DNA from: Chloroflexota bacterium | GTDB lineage: Bacteria; Chloroflexota; UBA6077; FW602-bin22; DAOUAE01 | DNA length: 64,000 nt | Assembly: GCA_034433795.1 (NCBI GenBank) | Contig: DAOUAE010000002.1 | Location: 133,939-197,938, forward strand | Direction: 5' to 3' | Part shown: positions 1 to 11,356 of the stretch, piece by piece | How the letters are laid out: the number at the start of each line of letters is the position of its first letter | Position numbering within the stretch: the first letter of the stretch is position 1 | The notes under the pieces: generated by a model | What the model saw: the letters and a program-made list of their open reading frames with translations, nothing else | Told to the model about the DNA's origin: nothing | Database searches by the model: none | Translations under genes and position numbers: made by a program

Positions 1-11
1 GGCGCGGGAGA

Positions 12-20
12 TGCTATAAT
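12..20 (+). promoter_or_regulatory. extended -10 promoter element TGCTATAAT upstream of the rpsF operon
   Basis: TGCTATAAT read directly at 12-20, about 130 nt upstream of the rpsF GTG. The same TGnTAnAAT pattern recurs before other operons in this window. Confidence 0.5.
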
Positions 21-150
21 CCCACGGGCGCCCTAAAGAGCGCCGATGGTGGCCCTCTGGCCACCTGCCTCACTTTCCGCTCCGGGCCAGTCCCGGCTGC
101 GCACGTCGGGACCCGGACCCGGGGCAAGCCCAGGGAAAGGAGTCCGCTTG
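21..150 (+). promoter_or_regulatory. structured 5' leader of rpsF (candidate S6:S18 autoregulatory leader)
   Basis: About 130 nt of untranslated leader with several perfect short hairpins (GGCGC...GCGCC, GGTGGCC-CTCT-GGCCACC, CCGGG...CCCGG). rpsF leaders that bind S6:S18 are known in many bacteria. No covariance model was run. Confidence 0.3.
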
Positions 151-444
151 GTGCGCCAACGCGAATACGAGGTCATGTACATCATCAGCCCCGAGGTCAG
201 CGACGAGGCCATCCCACAGGTTGTCGAACGGGTCAACAAATGGGTGGCCGACCTCGGCGGCGAGGTCACGGCCGTCGACGAGTGGGGTCGGCGCCGGCTG
301 GCCTACCCGATCCGCAAGTTCCGCGATGGCTACTACGTCGTCATGCGCTTCCGGGCCCGGCCCGACGTGACCACCGAGTTTGAGCGCAATATGCGGCTGG
401 CAGAGGATATTCTGCGACACCTGCTGGTCCGTGTGGAGCGTTGA
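151..444 (+). CDS. rpsF: 30S ribosomal protein S6
   Basis: GTG at 151 follows GGGAAAGGAG (133-142). The product REYEVMYIISPE...RRLAYPI...DGYYVVM matches S6, and the gene sits in the conserved rpsF-ssb-rpsR order. The 46-150 part of the ORF is Pro/Gly-rich over-extension. Confidence 0.93.
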   Translation: MRQREYEVMYIISPEVSDEAIPQVVERVNKWVADLGGEVTAVDEWGRRRLAYPIRKFRDGYYVVMRFRARPDVTTEFERNMRLAEDILRHLLVRVER

Positions 445-473
445 GTGCGTGTGTGGTAGAAAGGAGTGAGGGG

Positions 474-887
474 ATGGCAGGGTCGTTGAACAAGGTGCTG
501 CTCATCGGCAACGTCGGGCGCGATCCGGAACTGCGCTACACGCCGAACGGCAAGCCGGTGGTCTCTTTCACGGTGGCCACCAACCGCGTCTGGACCGGCC
601 CCGACGGCGAGCGCCGCGAGGAGACCGAGTGGTTCAACGTCGTGGCCTGGAACCGGCTGGCGGAGCAGTGCAATGAATACGTCCGCAAGGGGCGCAAGGT
701 CTATGTCGAGGGGCGCCTGCACACCCGCTCCTGGGAGGGCCAGGACGGGCAGCGCCGCTACCGGACGGAGGTGATCGCCACCGACGTGCGCCTGCTCGAC
801 CGCCGACCGGCCGAGAGCGTGCCCGAGGACACCTTCGCCGCCGAGGAGCCCGAGCCAGCCGAAGACCACGAGGAACTACCGTTCTGA
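474..887 (+). CDS. ssb: single-stranded DNA-binding protein
   Basis: ATG 474 follows GAAAGGAG. OB-fold signature LNKVLLIGNVGRDPELRYTPNG...EWFNVVAWNRLAE, with an acidic C-terminal tip ending in EELPF. Confidence 0.95.
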   Translation: MAGSLNKVLLIGNVGRDPELRYTPNGKPVVSFTVATNRVWTGPDGERREETEWFNVVAWNRLAEQCNEYVRKGRKVYVEGRLHTRSWEGQDGQRRYRTEVIATDVRLLDRRPAESVPEDTFAAEEPEPAEDHEELPF

Positions 888-913
888 GCCCCACGAAAGG
901 AGGCTGAACTCTT

Positions 914-1282
914 ATGGCCACAGAGACGACCGCTACCCCGGCGGGTGCCACCCCGCCGGCCCAGCCCACGGCCGCGCCGAGCCAGGCGCCGGCCGCCCAG
1001 AAAAAGAAGGAGCGCGCCAAAGGGCGCTACGTTCCTCGCCGCAAGGTCTGCGCCTTCTGCGCCGACAAGGTCGACGACATCGACTACAAGGACCTGGCGC
1101 GCCTGCGCCGCTACATCTCCGACCGCGGCAAGATCGAGTCGCGCCGCAAGACCGGGACCTGCGCCAAGCACCAGCGCCGGCTGGCGCAGGCGATCAAGCG
1201 GGCCCGCCTGATCGCCCTGCTGCCTTTCACCGCCGAGCACGTGCGGGAGATGGGCGGCCCGGCGGTCCTGCGCGGCCAGTAA
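914..1282 (+). CDS. rpsR: 30S ribosomal protein S18 with Ala/Pro/Thr-rich N-terminal extension
   Basis: The C-terminal ~75 aa ([50 protein letters not shown]) are canonical S18. A ~45-aa low-complexity extension precedes them, and no alternative in-frame start lies closer to the core. Confidence 0.9.
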   Translation: MATETTATPAGATPPAQPTAAPSQAPAAQKKKERAKGRYVPRRKVCAFCADKVDDIDYKDLARLRRYISDRGKIESRRKTGTCAKHQRRLAQAIKRARLIALLPFTAEHVREMGGPAVLRGQ

Positions 1283-1349
1283 CCGCGCCGCCCCCCGCCC
1301 GCCAGTCGTCCCCCGCGCTCTCGGTCAGCGGTCTGGGCTGTCTCCGGCG

Positions 1350-2219
1350 ATGACGGCGACCCTGTCTCCCCGCGAACTGGTCATCGGCCCCTACCGGCTG
1401 CCGCTGGGCCGCCGGACGCTGATCATGGGCGTCCTCAACCTCACCCCCGACTCGTTCTCCGGCGACGGGCTGGCCGGCGATGTGGCCGCCGCCCTGGCCC
1501 GCGCCCGTCAGTTCTGGGAGGAGGGCGCGGACATCCTGGATATCGGTGGCGAGAGCACCCGCCCGGGGGCCGAGCCGGTGCCGGTCGCGGAGGAACTGCG
1601 CCGGGTGCTGCCGGTGATCGAGCGGGTGGCGGCCGAGGTCCCCCTGCCGATCTCGGTCGACACCTACAAGGCGCCGGTGGCCGCCGCCGCTCTCAAAGCC
1701 GGCGCCCACATGGTCAACGACATCACCGGCCTGCGGGGCGACCCGGAGATGGTGCGGGTGGTGGCCGAGCACGGCGCGGCCCTGGTCATCATGCACATCA
1801 AGGGCACCCCCCGAACGATGCAGCAGAACCCCACCTACCACGATCTCATCGGCGAGATCAGCGCCTACCTGGCCGAGGGCCTCGCCCTGGCCCACCAGGC
1901 CGGGATCCCCCGCGAGAGCATCGTCATCGACCCCGGTATCGGCTTCGGCAAAACGGTCGCCCATAATCTCGAGATCCTGCGCCGGCTGGGCGAGTTCCGC
2001 GCCCTGGGCCAGCCGATCCTCATCGGCCCCTCGCGCAAATCGTTCATCGGCCATCTTCTGGGCGGGCTCCCCCCCTCCGAACGTCTGGAGGGGACCGCGG
2101 CCACCGTCGCCCTGGCCATTGCCCACGGCGCCGACATCGTCCGGGTGCATGATGTGCGGGCGATGGTCCGGGTGGCCCGGGTGGCTGACGCCATCGTCCG
2201 TGGACCGGCGGATGGCTGA
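1350..2219 (+). CDS. folP: dihydropteroate synthase
   Basis: Pterin-binding DHPS motifs GVLNLTPDSFSGDG, DILDIGGESTRPG and GPSRKSFIG. Confidence 0.95.
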   Translation: MTATLSPRELVIGPYRLPLGRRTLIMGVLNLTPDSFSGDGLAGDVAAALARARQFWEEGADILDIGGESTRPGAEPVPVAEELRRVLPVIERVAAEVPLPISVDTYKAPVAAAALKAGAHMVNDITGLRGDPEMVRVVAEHGAALVIMHIKGTPRTMQQNPTYHDLIGEISAYLAEGLALAHQAGIPRESIVIDPGIGFGKTVAHNLEILRRLGEFRALGQPILIGPSRKSFIGHLLGGLPPSERLEGTAATVALAIAHGADIVRVHDVRAMVRVARVADAIVRGPADG

Positions 2220-2736
2220 GCGGGTCCGCGCCTTCATCGGCCTGGGCGCCAACCTGGGCGACCGGGCGGCCACCATCCGACGCGCCCTGGCCTGTCTGGC
2301 GGCTCTTCCAGCGACCGTCGTCCGACGGGTCTCCCACCTCTACGAGACCGCCCCCTGGGGCAAGCCCGACCAGCCGTGGTTCCTGAACGCCGTGGCCGAG
2401 ATCGACACGGGTCTCCCGCCCCACGATCTCCTGCGGGCCCTCAAGCAGATCGAGACCCGGCTGGGTCGCCTCCCCGGCGAACGTTGGGGGCCCCGGGTCA
2501 TCGACCTGGACCTTCTGCTGTACGATGAGATCACCCTCCGCACGCCCGACCTGACCATCCCCCACCCGTACATGGACCAGCGGGCCTTCGTCCTGGTGCC
2601 GCTCCAGGAGCTCTGGCCCGACTACCAGACGGCCGATGGCACCCCCATCGCCCAGGCCATCGCCCGGCTGCTCCCCACCCAGCCGGTCCGGCTCTGGGGA
2701 GCCCTGACGCCGCCTCCGCCCACCGACTGTCCCTAG
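2212..2736 (+). CDS. folK: 2-amino-4-hydroxy-6-hydroxymethyldihydropteridine diphosphokinase
   Basis: ATG 2212 overlaps the folP stop by 8 nt. HPPK motifs AFIGLGANLGDR, YETAPWG and RWGPRVIDLDLLLY. The ORF-track start at 2119 is over-extension inside folP. Confidence 0.92.
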   Translation: MAERVRAFIGLGANLGDRAATIRRALACLAALPATVVRRVSHLYETAPWGKPDQPWFLNAVAEIDTGLPPHDLLRALKQIETRLGRLPGERWGPRVIDLDLLLYDEITLRTPDLTIPHPYMDQRAFVLVPLQELWPDYQTADGTPIAQAIARLLPTQPVRLWGALTPPPPTDCP

Positions 2737-2832
2737 ACCGTTCCCCCCGGAGCGAGCGTGCGACCGGGTGGACAGGTCGCCGCCGGTGCGGTAAAATCCC
2801 TGCCAAGAGCCTGGCTGTGGTGAGGTGGAGCG

Positions 2833-3432
2833 GTGACCACTCTGGCGGAGATCGATGCCGAGATCGTGGCCTGTCAGCGCTGCCCCCTGGCCCGGACGCG
2901 GCTGAAGGCGGTGCCCGGCGAGGGGCCAGCCAACGCCCGAATCATGTTCATCGGCGAAGCCCCCGGCTGGCACGAGAACCAGCAGGGCCGCCCCTTCGTC
3001 GGCCCGGCCGGCCAGTTCCTCGACGAACTGCTGGCCTCAATCGGCCTGAAGCGCAGCGAGGTCTACATCACCAACGTCGTCAAATGTCGTCCCCCCAACA
3101 ACCGTGACCCCCAGCCAGCGGAGATCGAGGCCTGCCGCGATTATCTGGAGCGGCAGATCGCGGCGATCTGCCCCCGGGTGATCGTGACCCTCGGCCGCTA
3201 CTCGCTCCAGCACTTCCTGCCCGGGGCCACGATCAGCAAGGTGCACGGCCAGCCCCGAACGGTGGACGGACGGGTCGTCGTGCCGATGTACCATCCGGCG
3301 GCCGCCCTGCACCAGCCGACCCTCCGCCGCACGGTCGAAGAGGACTTCCAGAAACTGCCGGCGATTCTGGCCCGCCTGGAGCGCGCGGCCGAACCGCCCC
3401 CGGAAGTCCCCCGGCAACTGACGCTGTTCTAG
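2833..3432 (+). CDS. uracil-DNA glycosylase, family 4 (Fe-S type)
   Basis: CQRCPL...VPGEGP...IMFIGEAPGWHENQQGRPFVGPAGQFLDELL is the family-4 UDG signature. GTG 2833 follows GGTGAGGTGGAG. Confidence 0.92.
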   Translation: MTTLAEIDAEIVACQRCPLARTRLKAVPGEGPANARIMFIGEAPGWHENQQGRPFVGPAGQFLDELLASIGLKRSEVYITNVVKCRPPNNRDPQPAEIEACRDYLERQIAAICPRVIVTLGRYSLQHFLPGATISKVHGQPRTVDGRVVVPMYHPAAALHQPTLRRTVEEDFQKLPAILARLERAAEPPPEVPRQLTLF

Positions 3433-3459
3433 TCCCTGGACCCCACGAGGAAAAGACCG

Positions 3460-5112
3460 ATGGACCGCGTCTGGGTGATCCCGCTCGGTGGCGTCGGCGA
3501 GATCGGGAAGAACTGTCTGGTGGTCGAGACCGACGCGGACATGGTTCTTATCGACGCCGGGTGGAAGTTCCCGGAAGAGGAGATGCTCGGGATCGACCTG
3601 GTGATCCCGGATATCAGCTACGTCATTGAGCGCCGGGCCAAACTCCGGGCCATCCTCATCACCCACGGCCACGAGGACCACATCGGCGCTCTCCCCTTCA
3701 TCGTCCGGGACCTGGAGGTGCCGATCTACGCTCCCCGGCTGGCCGCCGGCCTCATCGAGGTCAAACTGCGCGAACACCACCTGGCGGAGACGGTGCCGCT
3801 GGCGATCCTGGAACCGGGCCGCCGCGTCACGTTCGGCAGCATCACCGTCGAGCCCTTCCGGGTGGTCCACAGCATCCCCGACTGCCTGGGCCTAGCCCTG
3901 CACACGCCTGGTGGCACCCTGGTCCACACCGGCGACTTCAAATTCGACCAGACGCCGGTCTACGGTCCCCCGACCGACTTCGCCGCCCTGGCCGACCTGG
4001 GTGCCCGGGGCGTCCTGGCTCTGCTCTCCGACTGCACGCGGGTCGAACGGCCCGGCTACACCCCCTCGGAGCGGGTGGTCGGGGAGACGTTCGACGCCAT
4101 CATTCGCGAGGCGCCAGGGCGGGTGATCATCACCACGTTCGCCTCGAACATCCACCGGATCCAGCAGGCCATCGATGTGGCCGCCCGCTACCGGCGCAAG
4201 GTGGCCGTGGTGGGCCGCTCGATGGAGTCGTACGTCAGCATCGCCCACGATCTCGGCTTCCTGGTTCCGCCGCCAGACACCCTCTACCGCTTCGAGGAGA
4301 TCCGCCACCTGCCGCCTGACCAGGTCGTCCTGGTCACCACCGGCAGCCAGGGCGAGCCGACCTCGGTTCTCAGCCGCATCGCCACCAACGACCACCGCTG
4401 GATCAAAATTCAGCCCAACGACATCGTCATCATCTCGGCCTCGCCGATCCCGGGGAACGAGGAGACGGTCGCCCGCACCATCGATAACCTGTTCCGGCTG
4501 GGGGCCAACGTCATCTACGACGCCCTGGCCACCGTCCATGTCTCGGGCCACGCCAGCCGCGAGGAGCTGAAGCTGCTGATCACCCTGCTCCGGCCGCAGT
4601 ACTGCCTGCCCATCCACTGCGAGTACCGGCACATGGTGCTCTACCGCCACCTGGCTCAGGAGTGCGGCCTTCCCCCTGAGCGGGTCATCCTGCCCGAGAT
4701 CGGCGATATTATCGAGTTCCGTCAGGGTGAGGGCCGCAAGATCGGGCGGATTCCGGTCTCGGCCGTTCTGGTCGACGGCCTGCCGCTGGCCGACTTCGAC
4801 GAGGTGGTGCTGCGCGACCGTCAGCACCTCTCGCGCGACGGCATCGTCGTCGTGGTGGTGGCCCTCGAACGCGCGACCGGGCGCCTGCTGACCGAACCCG
4901 ATATCATCAGCCGGGGATTTATCGTGCCGGCCGGGGGCAACGGCCTGCTGGAGCAGGCCCGCTCCCTGGTCCGCGAGACCCTGCGCCAGGTTCCCTGGGC
5001 CGAGGTCGAGTACGGCTACGCCGTTCAGAAGATCAAAGAGGTGATCGGCGAGTATCTCTACCGCGAGACCCGGCAGCGGCCGATGGTCCTGCCGGTGGTG
5101 ACGGAGGTGTAG
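3460..5112 (+). CDS. rnj: ribonuclease J
   Basis: Metallo-beta-lactamase HGHEDHIG near the N-terminus, a beta-CASP-type middle region and a C-terminal domain. At 550 aa it is collinear with RNase J. Confidence 0.93.
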   Translation: MDRVWVIPLGGVGEIGKNCLVVETDADMVLIDAGWKFPEEEMLGIDLVIPDISYVIERRAKLRAILITHGHEDHIGALPFIVRDLEVPIYAPRLAAGLIEVKLREHHLAETVPLAILEPGRRVTFGSITVEPFRVVHSIPDCLGLALHTPGGTLVHTGDFKFDQTPVYGPPTDFAALADLGARGVLALLSDCTRVERPGYTPSERVVGETFDAIIREAPGRVIITTFASNIHRIQQAIDVAARYRRKVAVVGRSMESYVSIAHDLGFLVPPPDTLYRFEEIRHLPPDQVVLVTTGSQGEPTSVLSRIATNDHRWIKIQPNDIVIISASPIPGNEETVARTIDNLFRLGANVIYDALATVHVSGHASREELKLLITLLRPQYCLPIHCEYRHMVLYRHLAQECGLPPERVILPEIGDIIEFRQGEGRKIGRIPVSAVLVDGLPLADFDEVVLRDRQHLSRDGIVVVVVALERATGRLLTEPDIISRGFIVPAGGNGLLEQARSLVRETLRQVPWAEVEYGYAVQKIKEVIGEYLYRETRQRPMVLPVVTEV

Positions 5113-5256
5113 GCCATCCGCCGTCCCGTCGAGCGCCCCGCCCGTGGCCGCCGTCCGGCCATCCCGCCATCGGCTCACCACCCCCCGCCGCCCCTGGAGC
5201 GGGCCGCCCGGGCGCTGGTCCTGGGGGCGGCCGCCGCCCTGAGTCTCCTCGCGCTG

Positions 5257-7285
<2,029 letters not shown>

Positions 7286-7308
<23 letters not shown>

Positions 7309-8785
7309 GCCGATCGCCCAGGTGGACTGCGACGCCCTGGTCGTCAACCTCTTTGAGAACGAAAAGGTGGACGCCAGTCACCTGCGCGAACTCGATTTCA
7401 TCCTGGACGGCGCCCTCTGTCAGGTGGTCGATCTCAAGGAGCTGAGCGGCAAGCGCCACGAGACGGCCACGGTCCTGACCTCCGGCAAGATCTCGGCTCC
7501 CCGCGTGCTGGTGGTCGGGGCCGGCCCGCGGAGCGAGTTCACCAGCGCCCGGGCCCGCGACCTGGCCGGCGTGGCCGTTCGCCACCTCACCCACCGGGGC
7601 GCCAGCCGGATCGCCTTCGCCCTGGGCGGCGACCTGCCGCCGGCCACCCTGGCGCAGATGATCACCGAGGGAGCGCTCCTCGGGCTCTTCGACCCCGGCC
7701 TCTACAAGACGCGGACCGAGGACCGGACACCGCTGGAGCGACTGATCATCGTTCGCCCGCCGACGCTGACCGACTCCACCCCGCTCGCCGAGGGCGCCCG
7801 GCGCGGCCAGATCATCGCCGAGAGCGTGAACTACGCCCGCCGGATGGCCGCCGAGCCGGCCAACGTCATGACCCCCAGTTTCATGGCCGACTGCGCCCGC
7901 GAGGTCGCCGAACAGGCCGGCCTGGAGGTGCAGGTCTTCACGCAGGCGGACCTGGAGCGCCTGGGCGCCGGGGCCATCCTGGGGGTGGCCCGGGGCAGCG
8001 AGCAACCCCCGGTTCTCATCGCCCTGCGCTACCGCAGCGGCCGGACGAACGGCCCGGTCCTGGGGCTGGTGGGCAAGGGGGTGACATTCGACACCGGCGG
8101 CATCTCCCTGAAACCGGCCGAGCGCATGCACGAGATGAAATACGACATGGCCGGTGGGGCCGCCGTCATCGGGGCCATGCGGGCCATCGGCCTCCTCAAG
8201 CCCGGCCTCGATGTCATCGGGGTCGTGCCGGCGGTGGAGAACATGCCCAGCGGGCGGGCTCTCAAACCCGGCGATATCCTGCGGGCCCTTAACGGCAAGA
8301 CCATCGAGGTGCTGAACACCGACGCCGAAGGGCGTCTGATCCTGGCCGACGCCCTGGTCTACGCCCAGCAGCAGGGCGCCACCCACCTGGTCGACGCCGC
8401 CACCCTCACCGGCGCCATCGTCGTGGCCCTGGGCCATGTAACCACCGGGCTCTTCGGCTTCCCCGACGCCTGGGTCGACCAGGTCCGGGCGGCGGCCGAC
8501 GAGGCCGGCGAACGGGTCTGGCCGTTGCCCCTCTTCGCCGAGTACCGCGACCAGCTGCGGAGCGATATCGCCGACATCGCCAACGTCGGCGGGCGACCGG
8601 CCGGGGCCATCACGGCGGCCATGTTCCTCAAGGAGTTCATCGCCGAGGGGGTAGCCTGGGCCCACCTGGACATCGCCGGCACGGCCTGGACCGACAAGGA
8701 CCAGGCTCACCTGGCCAAGGGCCCGACCGGCGTCGCCGTCCGGACCTTCGTCGCCCTGGCCAGCCGGCTGGCCGGCGGAACCTAA
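7286..8785 (+). CDS. pepA: leucyl aminopeptidase (M17)
   Basis: VGKGVTFDTGG and NTDAEGRLILADAL M17 signatures. ATG 7286 lies 8 nt after AAGGAGG and overlaps the ftsK 3' end by 23 nt. Confidence 0.93.
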
Positions 8786-10224
8786 GGCGACGGGGTCATC
8801 AGGCGCGGCCGGCGCCGCTCGCGCCGGGCCACCCCGGTCCGCTCGGCCGCCTCGGCCACGGCGTCGGCCACCGCCGGGGCCACCCGGTGGTCGAAGACCG
8901 AGGGGATGATGTAGTCGGGGGTGAGTTCGTCCGGCCCGACCAGGGCGGCCAGAGCAGAGGCGGCGGCCAGTTTCATCTCGAAGTTGATCGTGCGGGCCCG
9001 GCAGTCGAGGGCCCCGCGGAAGACGCCGGGGAAGGCCAGGACGTTGTTGATCTGGTTGGGGTAGTCGCTGCGGCCGGTGGCCATCACCCGCACGTAGGGG
9101 GCGGCCTCCTCGGGCGCGATCTCCGGCGTCGGGTTGGCCAGGGCGAAGACGATGGGATCGGGCGCCATGCGCTTGAGGTCTTCGACGGTCAGGACGCCGG
9201 CCCGCGAGACCCCCAGGAAGAAGTCGGCCCCCTCGATGACCGCGGCGAGCGGCCCCCGGCGCCGCTCGGGGTTGGTGTGCTCGGCGAACCACTGCTTGAC
9301 GGGGTTCATGTTCTCGGTCCGGCCCCGGTAGATCGCGCCGGTGCTGTCCACCCCGATGATCTCCTGAACCCCGGCCGCCAGCAGCATCCGGGTGCAGGCC
9401 ACCCCGGCGGCGCCCACCCCGCTCACCACCACCCGCAGGTGCTTCAGATCCTTGCCCACGATCTTCAGGGCGTTGAGCAGGGCCGCCAGCACCACGATAG
9501 CTGTCCCGTGCTGGTCGTCGTGGAAGACCGGAATGTCCAGCCGCTCCTGGAGCCGCTCCTCGATCTCAAAGCAGCGCGGCGCGGCGATGTCCTCCAGATT
9601 GATCCCGCCGAAGGCGGGGGCGATGAGCTCCACCGTCCGGACGATCTCCTCGGTGTCCTTGGTGGCCAGGCAGATCGGGAAGGCGTCGACGTTGGCGAAC
9701 TCTTTGAAAAGCAGCGCCTTCCCCTCCATCACCGGCAGCGCCGCCTCCGGCCCGATATCGCCCAGCCCGAGCACCGCGCTGCCGTCGGTGACAATGGCCA
9801 CGGTGTTGGCCTTGATGGTGAGGTTGAAGACCTTGGCCGGGTCGCGGTGAATGGCCAGAGAGACTCGGGCCACGCCGGGGGTGTAGGCCATGGTGAGGTC
9901 GTCACGGGTCTTGACCGGCACCTTGGCCCGGATCTCGATCTTGCCGCCCAGGTGGCGCAGGAAGGTGCGGTCCGAGTAGTTGACGACGGTGACGTTGGGC
10001 ACCTGGCGCACCCGCTCAACGATCCGCAGGGCGTGCTGGTCGTCGGTGGCGTTGACCGTGACATCCCGCACCATGGTCTTGGCAGTGACCTGCACGATGT
10101 CGATGGCGCCGATATCCCCACCGGCCTCCGAGATCGCCGCCGCGATCCGGCTGAACATGCCGATCTCGTTGGGATACCGGAGGCGCATGGTGATACTGTA
10201 GCTGGCGCTCGGGACAGCGACCAT
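8782..10224 (-). CDS. NAD(P)-dependent malic enzyme with N-terminal ACT-like domain
   Basis: About 75 aa of ACT-like N-terminus (GMFSRIAAAISEAGGDIGAIDIV), then the malic-enzyme core (LTMAYTPGVARV, dinucleotide fold VVSGVGAAGVA). ATG 10224 follows AAGGAGAGG. Confidence 0.9.
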   Translation of the reverse strand: MVAVPSASYSITMRLRYPNEIGMFSRIAAAISEAGGDIGAIDIVQVTAKTMVRDVTVNATDDQHALRIVERVRQVPNVTVVNYSDRTFLRHLGGKIEIRAKVPVKTRDDLTMAYTPGVARVSLAIHRDPAKVFNLTIKANTVAIVTDGSAVLGLGDIGPEAALPVMEGKALLFKEFANVDAFPICLATKDTEEIVRTVELIAPAFGGINLEDIAAPRCFEIEERLQERLDIPVFHDDQHGTAIVVLAALLNALKIVGKDLKHLRVVVSGVGAAGVACTRMLLAAGVQEIIGVDSTGAIYRGRTENMNPVKQWFAEHTNPERRRGPLAAVIEGADFFLGVSRAGVLTVEDLKRMAPDPIVFALANPTPEIAPEEAAPYVRVMATGRSDYPNQINNVLAFPGVFRGALDCRARTINFEMKLAAASALAALVGPDELTPDYIIPSVFDHRVAPAVADAVAEAAERTGVARRERRRPRLMTPSP

Positions 10225-10307
10225 GGTCCCCTCTCCTTGCGCGGTCCTTTCTACCCCCTACAACACCGCGCCGGCCAGACCGGCACGCCCCCGCCGGCAG
10301 TCGCCGG

Positions 10308-11342
10308 TCACCGCGCCCCCGGCACCGCCCCGCTCAGCCGTCGCCGCGCTATCTGGGCCGCCATTCTGATGGCCTCGATCAGGCTGGTCGGGCTGGCCCG
10401 CCCCTGGCCGGCGATGTCGAACGCCGTTCCGTGGTCGACCGAGGTGCGGATGATCGGCAGACCGATGGTGACGTTCACCCCCCGGTCGAAGCCCAGCATC
10501 TTGACCGGGATGTGCCCCTGATCGTGGTACATCGCCACCACAATATCGAACTCGCCCCGGGCCGCCCGCGGGAAGAGCGTGTCCCCCGGCCAGGGACCGC
10601 TCACCCGCAGGCCCTCGGCCTGGGCGGCGGCGACGGCCGGCGCGATCTCATCGGCGTCCTCGTCGCCGAAGAGCCGGCTCTCGCCAGCGTGCGGGTTGAG
10701 GCCGGCCACGCCGATATGCGGCTCGGCGATCCCCAGGTACTCCGTGGCCGCCTGGTGGGCCAGACGGATGGTCCGCAGCACCCGGTCCTTTTTCACCCGC
10801 TCGATGGCCTGGCGCAGACTGACGTGCGTGCTCACGTGGACGACCCGCAGCCGGTCGGCCACCAGCAGCATCGTGTACTCCCGAGCGCCGGTCAGCGCGC
10901 CCAGCATCTCGGTGTGGCCGGGGTAGGGGTAGCCGGCCAGATGCATCGCCTCTTTGTTGAGGGGAGCGGTGCAGATGGCCTGGACCGCCCCGGCCAGGGC
11001 CAGCCGGGTCGCCACCTGGACCGCCTGGACCGCCGCCGCCCCGGCCCGGGCGTCGACCCGCCCCGGCAGGATCTGGCTGAGGTCAAGGTCGGTGGCCTGG
11101 TAGACGTCAACGATGCCGGGCTGGAAGAGCGCCTCGGCCACCGTCCGGACCGGACGAACAGTGAGCGGGAGCCCCAGCCGCTGGCTCTCGCGCGCCAGAC
11201 AGCCGGCGTCGCCGACGACCAGCGGCCGGCACTCGGCGTAGATCTCAGGCTGGGCCAGCGCCTTGACGATGACCTCCGGCCCGATCCCGGCCGGGTCGCC
11301 CATGGTGATGGCCACAATCGGACGGGTTGCCTCGCTGCTCAT
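10308..11342 (-). CDS. PdxA-family dehydrogenase (PdxA2-like 4-phospho-tetronate dehydrogenase, decarboxylating)
   Basis: PdxA motifs ITMGDPAGIGPE, GYPYPGHTEMLG and MYHDQGHIP. Sits immediately downstream of a DUF1537 kinase. Start is ATG 11342 (GGGAGG upstream) or GTG 11354. Confidence 0.88.
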   Translation of the reverse strand: MSSEATRPIVAITMGDPAGIGPEVIVKALAQPEIYAECRPLVVGDAGCLARESQRLGLPLTVRPVRTVAEALFQPGIVDVYQATDLDLSQILPGRVDARAGAAAVQAVQVATRLALAGAVQAICTAPLNKEAMHLAGYPYPGHTEMLGALTGAREYTMLLVADRLRVVHVSTHVSLRQAIERVKKDRVLRTIRLAHQAATEYLGIAEPHIGVAGLNPHAGESRLFGDEDADEIAPAVAAAQAEGLRVSGPWPGDTLFPRAARGEFDIVVAMYHDQGHIPVKMLGFDRGVNVTIGLPIIRTSVDHGTAFDIAGQGRASPTSLIEAIRMAAQIARRRLSGAVPGAR

Positions 11343-11356
11343 ATCTCCTCCCACCC

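Noticed and set aside
5113-5256. Open reading frame continuous with ftsK but lacking ATG, GTG or TTG; possible non-canonical start or missing N-terminus
   Set aside because: It encodes a plausible hydrophobic stretch (ALVLGAAAALSLLAL), so FtsK may start upstream at a CTG. I cannot support that from sequence alone, so I kept GTG 5257 and flagged the uncertainty rather than calling a feature.
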